Shown here one piece after another: positions 25,674-40,113 of a DNA stretch of 64,000 bases (its first letter is position 1; each line of letters begins with the position of its first letter). The position numbers and the translations under genes were made by a program. This DNA is from Leptogorgia sarmentosa (lineage: Eukaryota): the NCBI GenBank assembly GCA_964658305.1, contig OZ210884.1:7564001-7628000 (forward strand), given 5' to 3'. Below the pieces are notes generated by a model, which saw only the letters and a program-made list of their open reading frames with translations, searched no databases and had not been told where the DNA came from.

Positions 25674-26192
25674 TGCGCGTGAGTGTAAAATCTAGACCAT
25701 TTTTCTTCTTCTAGTTGTAGGAACTACATAAATCTACAAAAGCAATTAAAATATACATGGAAATATTTGTTCAATAACGGTATGAAAACATACGGTATCT
25801 CTTACAACATGAAAATAACTGGATTGTCTAAGCAATTTCCCGAAATGAAGAAGAATAGAGATAAATATATTTGCAACTGGAATATGAGCAATTTTTTAAC
25901 CATTGCATTTCCTTTCTTGCATCTTTAATTTGAATTCTTGCAAAATTTAATGAAAACCTTGCACGTTTCACAAGCATGAAAACTTAGCTGTTATATAATA
26001 TCATTTTTTATTTAACCTGAAAAATCTCAGAATAAGGTAGCCAAATGACATTGACATAATGTGAAAATTGCACCACAATGGTCAACTTGAATTGGACTTG
26101 CATGAAACATGATTGTTAGTTAAAGGCTGGCTAGCTAATAGGAATGTTCTGTTCTTCTACGAATTCATTCATCGGAGTGCCAATTAATTATT

Positions 26193-26277
26193 CTGTACAC
26201 TTTTTGATGCACAATGTAGCCCATTTCAACATTAAGCAATAAGCAGTGAATTTCCTGCAGGAAGCCTGTTTAGGAAT
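26193..26277. other. Micro-inversion (~85 bp) relative to the other units
   Basis: Reverse complement of ttcctaaacaggcttgctgcagg..catcaaaaagtgtacag found at ~12192-12268 and in units 3-5. Confidence 0.9.
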
Positions 26278-29200
26278 TGAAAAATATTCGCTAAACTATG
26301 AAGCATGCGCAGCCAAGAAAACTAAGAAAGACCCTCTGGTGTCTAACACTAAAGTTATTTTGAAAACTATATATGTTTTTTGAAGAAGAAAATGTGTTAC
26401 TGAAGGACATTTAGAAATACATTACCCACAAAATTTAGCCTTTATTCACCCAATTTTTTAATTGGGTAAAAATATGGAATATATTGTACTCGCTAACAAA
26501 GTTTAGACAATTTTGGTGCAGCCTGAGACGAAACTGCAACGTCCAAAGACTTGATTCTCAAGAATTAGCTGGCGAATATTGCATTGTAATTTATGCAACT
26601 AATCCAAGCATCTGAGCACGTATAAATATACATTAACCCGCTGCGATTTTTGCAGCACGATTCGCAATTGGATTTGATAGATGAAAAGTATCGCAGAAGC
26701 GCTACCGCAAATTTCTTTTCCGTACGCAATGGAAAGCATTTGGGATGCTAAACCATAAATTAAAATGTGGCTTCTTCACGCGCACTTACTCGATTGACGC
26801 GCACTTACTCGATTGTGTGATTCATGCCAAACTAATCATAGCGTGCGTGTAAACGTATCTTTGAAGCATTTTGGTATTATTTTACGCTGCCTGCGCTGGT
26901 TACGTATTGAAGGTAGTTATAATTCTCAGATGGTCACTGAGAATTCGTGAACACTAATGTATTTCAACACCTTTTATACCATATTACGCTCTAGCCTTCA
27001 GCTCGGTTTATATGTTAGCATATCATCATTCATATAACCAGCATACAGTTACAACCCTTCAGTGCGGTAAATATGTTATTTTCTTCTTACCTTTCGATAC
27101 TCAGTAGACAATCTAATACACCCAAACCAGTCTTTGATAAATCCTGCTCAAGACAAGTAATAAAGACGCATTAAACTTGCTGCCAATATGAGAATAAAAT
27201 CTCTACAGTCTACACTGCACTGAGACAACTCTGGTGGCTCGGAGCGAGGCGGAAGCTAATATGATTGAAAAATTTTCGTCTTTGCAAAGGCTTATGGGAA
27301 CATTTTGGTTGCTCATTTGTTGGTACTGGGCAATATACATGTTACTAAAATAGAATCTCGCTATCTCGAAGTGAAAGCCAGTTCCCTTGAAACTCATAGT
27401 ACATTTATATCAACCCTCGCTATGTCGAACTCCCGCTATCTCAAACAAATTTTCGTTGCCCTTGCGGGATTTTACTCTGAACAATTGTATGGAAATAGTA
27501 GTGGAACAAGTGGCTGCATGGTGCACGTGTATTACCACAAAGAAATGCGTTGCAAAGTTTGAGATAAATTTCGCCTACTGCACAAATTAGGTCTACTGCT
27601 CAGCGCCGCTACGCTCGCTCGCTCCGCAGCAAATATACACATACATCTGTGACATGTGCGCATATTATCCCGTATTTTCGCGATTTTCAAAGCGTGGATA
27701 ACGTCGTGAGACGTAGTTCTGTGTTTCAGACTTTCAAGTTAAAAAAGTTTGCCTTATTCTTGTTCATATTTTCAGAGTTGTTTAGTCACTCCTTGATGAA
27801 ATCAAGATAACACAATGCAATATTTTTAAAAAGTTTTATTCCGTACAAGACTATACATGGATCTACATATTTAGCTACGTGCATGTTCCTCTCATGCAGC
27901 TAATAAGATAATACAACTTCAATTATATTATTGAATTCTATAATATGTTGTATATTCTATACCGTTTATCTTCTGATCCATAGCTACAATTTTTCCAATC
28001 ATACATGTGGTGGTTAAATTACAATCACATTATCACAACAAAGAATCTCTTTCTTATTAAACTAGCTCAGTTCATTGATATCGACATAGCTACAAAGACC
28101 TTTTACAACTTTTGTATTTCTAAGACTCATTACCGCATGATCACAACCCGGCATTTGAAAAGTTTTCGGAAGATTCGTTTCGAGATTTGAAATATTGGCC
28201 AAAGACATTTATCTTTTTACAAGAGATACGAGATAATATAAACGATCTTGGTGACCCGGTTGTTCAAAAGCTGGTAAGGCTAACCACGTCTTACATAGTT
28301 TGAGATTCAACGCAAATTTTCCAACGAATTAAAAAATATTTCTTCAAAAATCTCATCTGCATCAAAAATGGTTTTCCTCTTAAAAGTTTCGAAGTAAACG
28401 GACGTGCTGCATAAATACACAAACTAAAACGCCGGGTTTTTATTTTAAATCCAGGTTAGCGTTAACCTGCTGTTAAACAACCGGGTCCTTAGATCATTAA
28501 GACGATAGTAGAAAGAAGACAAAGGACTTTACATGAACCAATATTTGAAATCATGAAAACATGGGTGAATTTCAAAGCTATCAAAAAATTAAACGTCGTT
28601 TTTGTGTGTTTTCTTCGCATTAGCTACGATCAGTACAATGCAAAGGAGTAAATATCGAAACATAGGAAAATCAATAGATAACATTTAATTATTTGTAATT
28701 TTGAGCCGTTGGGGCCAAAGCCAAAATAAAATGTGTTCATGTCTGATGAGCACATACAACCTTTGAAACATTTTCTATCATTATCATAATTCAAATCGTT
28801 CAGGAAAATTATTGAAAAAGATTGGAAAAGGTCTCAGAATAATAGACAAACATTGCCACATCTTTCAACAACATTGCTATAAGATCAAGCAAAAACAGGA
28901 ACGAAATTATCCAACTCAGCGTTTGTCTATTTGTATTTTGCAAATATTCGCAAACTTCTTGGAAACCGAAAGTTAGAAAATTTCCCCACTGACACAAACT
29001 ACGTGTAAGAAAATCAGAGAAGAAGACTGTGACACTTTTTACAAGTTTCCATTGAAAAAATTATGTTTTCTTGACAAACTGAACATCTTAAAGCTAAGTT
29101 AATCCGTCCCTGTCTTCACCTGAAACTATAACGAAATGTTTGAAATGTCTGCTCGTTAAATTAAATTATACGATACTTAATAAAGGATAATGGCAATAAA

Positions 29201-30394
29201 AATAATTTAATATAAAAGTAATATTGATTATATTCTCCAAACCAAAAACTTATTAAAGAATTTTTGCCTTTTTTGCATTTAATGATATCGTTGATATAAA
29301 AAATTCCACTGCATTCCGCCATCTTACGGATAGCCTACCAATGTTAGATATCTATACGAACGTCACAAACAGCGCAAGCATGCAGTTTTGCACTTTGACA
29401 TACTCTTGCGTTACGGTTAGTAGCTAAACGTAAAACTATTTACTTTTCACTTTTAAAGCGTCTATACCGTTGTTGTGAGGTTGATCAAAATTAATTACGA
29501 AATACGACAAAAAAATTTAGATCGAAGTTACTATTTGCAACATGAATTTGTAAGAATTTTCTAAAACAAATTCTGGCCAATAATAACTTCGGAAAACCAC
29601 GGACAAAATCACTCTTTTATCAACAAATATTCTTAGCAACCGACGGTTGTTAGATTGGTTGACCGATCAACAAAAAACGCGATCCTTCATTCCACCCCAT
29701 TCCAGTCTCATCTTTTGAATAAAAATGTTCAATTCAACTTTTATAAAATATGAAATATAGAACTTCTTCGTCTCCCACTAACGTGCCGCTTTCTCTGAAA
29801 GTCTCACAGGATGATAACAGTGTTGAACGTCAAGATGACTTTCTCAGAGATGAAATAGTGACAACACTTTTTTTGGTCTCATGTTCCTCGACATAAAAAT
29901 CATGGAAAGTTCTCATTCTGAATAAATGACGTTACCGACATTGGAAGATGCACACTATAGAGACGATATTTTTCTTAGAGGAACTTCTTTCCACATAGCT
30001 ACTGTACTGAAATAAGTTATTATTGGCGTTCAATATAGGGTATCTGTAATGCATGCATCTTTTGGTTGTTGTCGAGAATTGGATTCTGAAAATCAGAAAT
30101 TCCGATAACCATATTTCATTTTCCATGGCCGGCTGTCTCGATTAGCATCGTGGTTTTTTCAGTAAGCCTCTGCTTATAATAAAATTCTTGTGTTAATTGC
30201 TTCAAATTTATTTTAAAGCAGCGTGTTCTCTTTGATGTACCTGGTATAACTGAATGCAAGAAAATATAAAAATTCCTTTCAATTTCTCAAAGATAGAAAA
30301 TTATCGAATGAAGAATGATACCACAAATACTGTTATAGTTCAATTTCTAACCCGTTGATGAAACATTGCTGCAATATAGTTGATTACATGCCCC

Positions 30395-33300
30395 TTAGCA
30401 ATTTATAAGAGCTCTAGCGGAATCAATATAACATAGTTCTGTTTTGGGATGGTTTTTTCCTAGAATTTTCGAATACATTTTGTACGCCAGCCGCAAATTA
30501 TTTACCACGAGACTTTTGTTTTTCATTTTAGCAGCTATTCTGGCCACTGTGAGGTACAAATCACCTTCACCTTCGCTTCCTTCTGGAGAAATATCTTTAA
30601 CGATAGACAATGCGTCATAGTAAGAAGTTAAGGCTTTTTCATAAGACTCTTTAAACCAATAAGCTTTTCCAAGCTCCAGTCGACATTCAAATTCTGCAGA
30701 TTTGTCAATGACGTCATGAGAAATTTTTTGGAGCTGCAGTAATGCGTGACCAAGAGACTCAATTGCTGCATCATATTCCCGCATTTCATTAAAAATAAGG
30801 CCTGTCAAAACATAGCAACGAAAGATAGATGGGTGTTTTATACATTCTGGGAGTGATTCCGCGATTTTGGTAGCTCGTTCAATTGCTTCCCGCGCCAATT
30901 TGAACTTCCCAACCTCAACTAAGGTTCTCACGATTTTATCGTAACATTCAACAATGCCATTCCGTGAATAGACATCACCTAGCATTATTTGGTCGAACGT
31001 TATATTAAAAGCTTTTTGAAGGAACTCCAGACCAGAATCATGGTTTCCAGACTCAAATTTCTTCGCAGCTAATTTCAAATGCAATATTTTCAAAAATGGT
31101 TTCATTTCCTCTTTATCTGCATGTGTAGCACTATCAAACAATTCAGGATACAACTTTTCATCTGCCCCCATATCCAGTATTTGGTAACAGGTAAGGAGTT
31201 GACGAGTTCGTCATTGCAATCCGCACAAAATTGAAGTTCAGTTTGAAGAACATTCAAACTTTCAGTTTTGTTGCCAAGACAGTCATGCACATGTGCAATA
31301 ACATTGTAACACATAATGACAAAGCTCGACGAACAGCGCTTGTCGGCAGAGAGTTTCACACGTATTTCCAAAGCTTGCTGAAATGTCGCTAGCGCTGAAG
31401 TGAAGTCATTAAACTGTTCTTGTGCCATGCCCAGACAAAAAAGAACTTCAGCAATTTCTTTAGTATCTTCATCGGATGATTTCCTTCTTAGTCTAAGTGC
31501 TTCTTCAAGAGATTCAATGGCTAATTCAGATTTGTTCATGTACATGTATACTTTCCCTTTTTCAATACATGCTTTGGCCAGGATGTCCATTTCTCTACTG
31601 ATCCCGTCATTAGAGGTTTCCCAAATTCCAATAACCTGATCAAATGCATCAAGAGCAGCACTAAAATTTTCAGCAGCTTTCTCAGCCTTGCCCATCTCAA
31701 GATAACAAAACGCAGTATCTTCGTGTTGTTTTCCATTGAGTTGTAGTGAAAGCTCAAGAGCGTTACGACATGTCTCAACTTTGTCGACACTCTTTTGTGG
31801 ATACATTTCATCTCTCATATTAATCAATTTCAATGCATAGCAGTTCAAAAGCCGCTGAGACAATTGAGGCCTAACTTGATGAGAGAAACTGGGAAATGTG
31901 GACAATTCAGACTTTAGAGACTTGTCCAAAAGAGTTATCTTCTCATCCAAAAGAAATTCTTGTTTTGCAATTTTACACAGGATAGCCGAAATATTATCAC
32001 TATACATCACCATTGAAAATAAATAATGTGAATTACCATGCGGCTTGCTGTCTAGCTGTTGCTCTAAGTTATGCAAAAATTTTAAGAACTGCATTATGGT
32101 CTCATCATTTATAAATGCCTTTGACCAGGAAAACAGAAGATAGACAGATAATATTAATTGCTCTCCTCTACATTCGTTGTTTAGTAAAAGCGAAGATTGC
32201 TCACATTCACAAATTAAAAAAAGACTGCGGTTACCAATTTCGTCGCAAATCTCCCTCGCTTTACGACTGAAGTCGTTTGACTTTCTGTCCTCTTTCAAGT
32301 CAGTGTAATACAAAGCAAGAAGCTGCAGACATAAGCATTTTATAAATTGTTGGTCAGGGCGTTCTAACAAACCGTCAAGATGTTTTTCGATTTGTTCAAC
32401 ACCTGATTTTCTGTTTCCTTTGAAAATGAGTGAAATTCCTTCATAACAACCTAGCTTCGCTGCACTACCATCCGAAGACAACAAGACGTCTTCACGAATG
32501 TTTTCAGGTATGTCTGAGTAGATATCCTCGACAAAAAAAGAAAGGACAATACGACCAAAATACTTGCTGACGTACAACTTCGAACAATCGTATTCCTGGG
32601 CAATACATTTTTCTATAGCTGCATCATACAGATTAGGAATAAACAGTGATGACTCGCACGGCAAACCAATGAGAAAAAGAAATACTTCACACTTAGATAA
32701 TATGCGAACGAGATCTTGCAAAATAATTGTCAGAGACTGACCCATAACAGTTGGCAGATGCTCCAGGGTGTCTTCCAGTTGGGGACTCTCAATCGACTTT
32801 CCTGCCAGGAAATCGTCATTAAACTTTTCAAAAAGAAGTAAGTAATAACTACAAAAGTGAAGTCGAGAAGAATTGAGAACATTCTGAAAATCACTTCCTT
32901 TTGCTTTTTCCACGACAAACGAATATATAAGAGGATGAATAGAGTAATTCTCTCCTCTGGAATCTTCATCAATTAACGATTTCTTGACAAGTGCATTAAG
33001 GCAACGCGCGCTTTTCAAAATCCCTATTTCCGCAGAAAGAACCTCGACAGCGGCGTCCTTACTTATTCTAGAGGACCTGAACACGGTTAATGAAATCAGC
33101 GCATGTTTGTCAGTTATCGTCAGCTGCTCAAACGGAATCTCAAATAATCTTTTTATGTTTTTCTCGTATGGACTGTCTATCTCCCCCAGTAAATCTCCCG
33201 AAAAGCCTAGCTCTTCAAGTATTACATTCGCCATATCTTCAGTGACATTTTCAACTAACGAAGCAACAAGTTTCATCGCCAGAGGAACATGAGAACAAAT

Positions 33301-35392
33301 TTCAGTCACTATAGCCACAACATTTTCCGAAATTTTAGGAAGAAGTTGACGAACAAATTTTACAGACCAAACTGGATGGAGGGGTCGAATTCGGATGTTT
33401 TGAAAACCATTGATTTGAACGCACGTATTGTCCAAAATCTCTCTCGTGGTACAAATAATATTAATATTAGCATTAGTGTCTAGCAATTCTACGAATAAAC
33501 GCGATAGAGTGGCTGAACCTCTTTCAACGGACAAAAGATCATCAAGGTTATCAAGTATGAGAAATATTGGACAAGAAATTTCTCTAAAAATACATACTAG
33601 TTTGTCGATAGGTTTTAGGCTATGATCAATTAAGTTGCCTCTGAAAATACCTAAAAGTTTTGATAAAAATTCGTCTACTGTGTTAATACCTTGCAATTTG
33701 AAAAAGTAAACAGGATACCCAAGAGAAACAAGATGATGTGCTGCTCCAATGGCTGTTGATGTTTTACCGAATCCAGGCGATCCCCAAATATTCAACAGTC
33801 GTGTTGATTGGTCAGTTATGAGGATTGTAATTTTTTCAACTTCGGCGTCTCTGCCAGTGAAGAACGGGACAGCGCTTGGAATATATGGCTTAGGTAATGT
33901 CTCTAAAAGATAAATTGTACAATAATTATATTCTCAGGCCCTACATTTGTGTAGATGTTTCTCTGGGCGTATGCACCATGAGCAAGCAGAAAAACTACTC
34001 GATCTTAACGAGAACTAGTGGCCGCACGTCAAAGGAGAAAAATTTGCCAAGAGTTAAAGCCGATTTTTCGAGAAGTACTTCGCAAATGTAATGCATATAC
34101 ATAGGACAACAATTATCTCTACGTAGTTGAAGTTTCACTTCCTATGCTAATATCAATTATCGAGACAATGGCGAGAAATAACGGATTTTGGGTGCAAAAT
34201 ATAACTTTATTGCAATACATTGCAAGTGAGTGCACACGGCTAATTAATATTCCACGGCCAGTATACTTTCGCTTTCTCGCCATGAAGCAACCGACGATGC
34301 ACTTCGCTTAATAAAAGCATGGAAAGTGCATCGCTGCTTTATTTGTTCTTATAAGTCAACCCTTTAATTTATAGCCTACTAACAAAATGATAAACGGAAG
34401 TTGAAACATAGGTATCTAGCTATAATATTGGTATAGGAATTCAAACTGTTTTAATAATTCTTGTAGTATTTATTTCATGGTTTTAGTTTCTTCATAAAAA
34501 AGTCTCATGTATTTCACAGCATGTTTAATACTTCATGAAAAATTAAAAAATTCCAAACTCAAGAATCACAATGCGATATTCTGGCAAGAACTACAGTACA
34601 TCTAAAGAAAAACTATCATGTTATACCTGCTATATTTCCCTTTTCAACCAAGTTCAACTTTTTCATCATCTGCTCCACATTCTCTATTTTCTCCGTTTGT
34701 TTCTCTGTCTGTTCTTCAATAGAAGATAATTTCTGCTCAATATTCTCGTGAAACATACTGATAGCTTGTAACTCCTTTATACGACATTCATCCAGTTTCT
34801 GAACTTTCTCCGTAGGAAAATCATCTTCGCTCATTTGACCGATAACGTCAACAAAATTGGTATCAATCTTCATTGCTGTTAAAGCGTCGATTACCAGCTG
34901 TACATAAACATCAAAGTCAGTTTTAAGTATTTCTGATTTTGGCGAATGGCAAAGTTTGTTTCTCAATAATCGCAGTTGATCAATTGCCAAAGCGCAGGTT
35001 TAATCTTGATTTCCTGTTGAGCTTTGAACTGAAGAATGAAAAGAACCTGGAACTGGCTTCACTTTCTTCAAATATAAATCGTTCAATGTTGAACCCTTGC
35101 TACTCGGAGCGCCAAATGTTTTGGCATAGATTGTTGCTTTAAACAAAGCTGTACAATCCCATTCATTAATTGATTTCCCTGTTGGTATATCAGTTTTTCC
35201 ACCTTCAGATGCGAGAAGCAAGTTTCGTACTGTAATGCTGTCATCCCAGGGAATGAATCCTGGTTTCATCGAAACTTTACTGTCCCACATGGTGACAAAA
35301 ATTTCACGCAACACCTTGGGAAACTCATCGAGAACAAGTGTAGAAAACTTAAAGAAATTCAATTGTTCCTTAGAAAATGGTTTTGCTGCCAT
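30395..35392 (-). pseudogene. HEPN-STAND-TPR gene 3, pseudogene (exon 1 34627-35392, exon 2 30395-33902)
   Basis: TAA replaces the Glu codon at 35000-35002 (NQD*TCA vs NQDETYA). A 1-bp deletion near 31201 (ttgacgag vs ttgtacgag in gene 4) splits exon 2 into the 897 and 258 aa ORFs. Splice sites are intact. Confidence 0.85.
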
Positions 35393-35592
35393 CTCGCGTG
35401 AGTGTAAAATCTAGACCATTTTTCTTCTTCTATAGTTGTAGGAACTACATAAGTCTACAAAAGCAATTAAAATACAATCATGGAAAATAACTATTTGTTC
35501 AATAACGGTATGAAAACATACGGTATCTCTTACAACATGAAAATAACTGGATTGTCTGAGCAATTTCCCGAAATGAAGAAGAGTAGAGATAA

Positions 35593-35726
35593 GCAAACCA
35601 AAGGCCGCGGGTTCGATTCACACCGAGGCCAGGCTAATTTTTCAGCTTGCCCGGTGAGAATATAGACTCAGAATAACATCACAATAACATTCAGCACCTG
35701 AGTACATCATAACATCATGAACATTC
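35593..35726 (+). mobile_element. tRNA-derived SINE-like fragment upstream of gene 3 (same site as in gene 1)
   Basis: Box-B-like GGTTCGATTC with AGAGATAA flanking repeats. Confidence 0.55.
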
Positions 35727-38700
35727 AGAGATAAATATATTTATATACGACTGCAAAATCAGTCTAGCTCAAAGCAAATTTTTAGTCATTGCATTTTCCT
35801 TTCTTGCATCTTTAATTTGAATTCTTGCAAAATTTAATGAAAACCTCGCACGTTTCACAAGTATGAAAACCTAGCTGTTTTAACCTGAAAAATCTCAGTA
35901 TAAGTTGACCAAATGATCAACTCGCATCATTAACTAGGCTGGCTAATAGGAATGTTCTGTTCATCTACGAAATTCATCGTTGTGCCAATTCCTAAACAGG
36001 CTTGCTGCAGGAAATTCACTGCTTAATGTTGAAATGGGCTACATTGGGCATCAAAAAGTGTACAGTTGAAAAATATTCGCTAAACTATGAAGCATGCGCA
36101 GCCAAGAAAACTAAGAAACACCCTCTGGTGCATGTCTACCACTAAAATTATTTTGAAAACTATAAATGTATTTTGAAGCAGGAAACGTGTTGTTGAGGGA
36201 TATTTAGAAATGCATTACCCACAGTTTAGTCTTTATATGCACCCAATTTGTTAATTGGGTAAAAATATGGAATATGTTATACTCGCTAACAAAGTTTAGA
36301 CAATTTTGGTGCAGCCTGAGACGAAATTGCAACGTCCAAAAACTTGATCCTCAAGAATTAGCTGGCGAATTTTGCATTGTAATTTATGCAACTAATCCGC
36401 GCATCAGAGCATGTATAAATATACATTAACCCGCTGCGATTTTTGCAGCACGATTCGCATTTGGATTTGATATATGAAAAGTATCGCAGACGCTACCGCA
36501 AATTTCTTTTCCGTACGCAATGGAAAGCATTTGGGATGCTAAACCTTAAATTAAAATGTGGCTTCTTCACGCGCACTTACTCGATTGACGCGCACTTACT
36601 CGATTGTGTGATTCATGCCAAACTAATCGTAGCATGTAAACGTATCTTTGAAGCATTTTGGTATTATTTTACGCTGCCTGCGCTGGTTACGTATTGAAGA
36701 TAGTTATAATTCTCAGATGGTCACTGGGAATTCGTGAACACTAATGTATTACAACATTTTTTAGAATATACGCTCTAGCCTTCAGCTCGGTTTCTGTGTT
36801 AGCATATCATCATTCATATAACTAGCATACAATTACAACACTTTGAAGTGAACAGTGTGGTAAATATGTTATTTTCTTCTTACCTTCCGACACTCAGTAG
36901 ACAATCCAACATACCCAAACCAGTCTTTGATAAATCCTGCTCAAGACAAGTAATAAAGATGCATTAAACTTCCTGCCAATATGAGAATATAATCGTGGGT
37001 TGTAGCGAGGCGGAAGCTAGTATGATTGAAAAATTTTTCGTCTTTGCAAAGGCTTATGGGAAAGTTTTGGTTGTTCATTGGTTGGTACTGGGCAATATAC
37101 ATGTTACTAAAGTAGAATCTAGCTATCTCGAATTGAAAGCCAGTTCCCTTGAAACTCATAGTACATTTATGATTTATATCAACCCTCGTTATATGTCGAA
37201 CTCCCGCTATCTCGAACAAATTTTTGTTGACCTTGCGGGATTTTACTCTGAACAATTGTATGGAAATAGTACTGGAACAAGTGGCTGCATGCATGGTGCA
37301 CGTGTATTACCACAAAGCAATGCGTTGCAAAGTTTGAGATAAATTTCGTCTACTGCACAAATTAGGTCTGCTGCTCAGCGCCGCTACGCTCGCTCGCTCC
37401 GCAGCGAATATACACATACATCTGTGACATGTGCGCATATTATCATGTATATTTTCGTGATTTTCAAAGCGTGGATAACGTCGTGAGACGTAGTTCTGTG
37501 TTTCAGACTTTCAAGTTAAAAAAGTTTGCCTTATTGTTGTTCATATTTTCACAGTTGTTTAGTCACTCCTTGATGAAATCAAGATAACACAATGCAATAT
37601 TTTTAAAAAGTTTTATTCCGTACAACTATACATGGATCTACATATTTAGCTACGTGCATGTTCCTCTCATGCAGCTAATAAGATAATACAACTTCAATTA
37701 TATTATTGAATTTTATAATATGTTGTACATTCTATACCGTTTATATTCTGATCTATAGCTACAATTTTTCCAATCATACATGTGGTGGTTAAATTACAAT
37801 TACATTATCACAACAAGAATCTCTTTCTTAAAATAGCTCAGTTCATTGATATCGACATAGCTACAAAGACCTTTTACAACTTTTGTATTTCTAGGACTCA
37901 TTACCGCATGATCACAACCCGGCATTTGGAAAGTTTTTCGGAAGATTCGTTTCGTGATTTGAAATATTGGCCAAAGACATTCATCTTTTTACAAGAGATA
38001 CGAGATAATATAAACGATCCTGGTGACCCGGTTGTTCAAAAGCTGGTAAGGCTAACCACGTCTTACATAGTTTGAGATTCAACGCAAATTTTCCAACGAA
38101 TTAAAAAATATTTCTTCAAAAATCTCAACGGTATCAAAAATGGTTTTCCTCTTAAAAGTTTCGAAGCAAACAGACGTGCATAAATACACAAACTAAAACG
38201 CCGGGTTTTTATTTTAAATCCAGGTTACCGTTAACCTGCTCTTAAACAACCGGGTCCTTAGAACATTAAGACGACAGTAATAAGAAGACAAAGGACTTTA
38301 CATGAACCAATATTTGAAATCATAAAAACATGGGTGAATTTCAAAGCTATCAAAAAATTAAACGTCGTTTTTGTGTTTTTTTCTTCGCATTAGCTACGAT
38401 CAGTACAATGCAAAGGAGTAAATATCGAAACATAGGAAAATCAATAGATAACATTTAATTATTTATAATTTTGAGCCGTTGGAGTCAAAGCCAACATAAA
38501 ATGTGATCATGTCTGATGAGCATATACAATCTTTGAAACATTCTCAATCACTACCATAATTCAAATCGTTCAGGAAAATTATTGAAAAAGATTGGAAAAG
38601 GTCTCAGAATAATAGACAAACATTGCCACATCTTTCAACATCATTGCTATAAGATTAAGCAAAAACAGGAACGAAATTATCCAACTCAGCGTTTGTCTAT

Positions 38701-40113
38701 TTGTATTTTGCAAATCAGTATTCGGAAACTTCTTGGATATGTGACACTTTTTACAAGTTTCCATTGAAAAAAATACGTATTCTTGACAAACTGAACATCT
38801 TAACGCTGAGTTAATCCGTCCCTGTCTTCACCTGAAATTATAACGAAATGTTTGAAATGTCTGCTAGTTATAAATTAAATTATACCATACTTAATAAAGG
38901 ATATTAATGGAAATAAAAATAATTAAATATAAAAGTGATATTGATTATAGTCTCCAACCCAAAATCTTATTGAAGAATTTTTGCCTTTCTTGCATTAATG
39001 ATATTATCGTTGATATAAAAATTCCACTGCATTCCGTCATCTTATTGGATAGCCTACCATTGTTAGATATCAATACGAACGTCACAAGCAGCGCAAGTAG
39101 TTTTGCACTTTGACCTACTCTTGCGTTACGGTTAGTAGCTAAACGTAAAACTATTTATTTTTCACTTTTAAAGTGTCTATACCGTTGTTGTGAGGTTGAT
39201 CAAAATAAAATAATTAAATATGAAATACGACAAAAAATTTTAGATAGAAGTTATTATTTGCAACATGAATTTGTAAGAATTTTCGAAAACAAATTCCGGC
39301 TAAAAATAACTTCGGAAAACCACGGAGAAAATCACTCTTTTATTAAAAAATATTCTTAGCAACCGACGGTTGTTAGATTGGTTGACCGATCAACAAAAAA
39401 CGCGATCCGTCATTCCACCCCATTCCAGTCTCATCTTTTGAATAAAAATGTTCAATTCAACTTTTATAAATATAAAATAGAACTTCTTCGTCTCCCGCTG
39501 TGCCGCTTTCTCTGAAAGTCTCACAGGATGATAACAGTGTTGAACGTCAAGATGACCTTTTCAGAGATGAAATAGTGACAACACATTTTGGTCTCATTTT
39601 CCTCGACATAAAATCATGGAAAGTTCTCATTCTGAATAAATGACGTTATACCGACATTGGACGATGCACACTATAGAGGCGATATTTTTCTTAGAGGAAC
39701 TTATTTCCACATAGCTACTGTACTGAAATAAGTTATTATTGGCGTTCAATATAGGGTATTTGTAATGCATGCATCTTTTGTTTGTTGTTGTCGAGAATTG
39801 GATTCTGAAAATCAGAAATTCCGATAACCGTGTTTCATTTTCCATGGCCGACGGTGTCGATTAGCATCGTGGTTATTTCAGTAAGCCTCTGCTTATAATA
39901 AAATTCTTGTGTTAATTGCTTCAAATTTATTTTAAAGCAGCGTGTTCTCTTTGATGTACCTGGTATAACTGAATGCAAGAAAATATAAAAATTCCTTTCA
40001 ATTTCCCAAAGATAGAAAATTATCGAATGAAGAATGATACCACAAATACTGTTATAGTTCAATTTCTAACCCGTTGATGAAACATTGCTGCAATATAGTT
40101 GATTACATGCACC

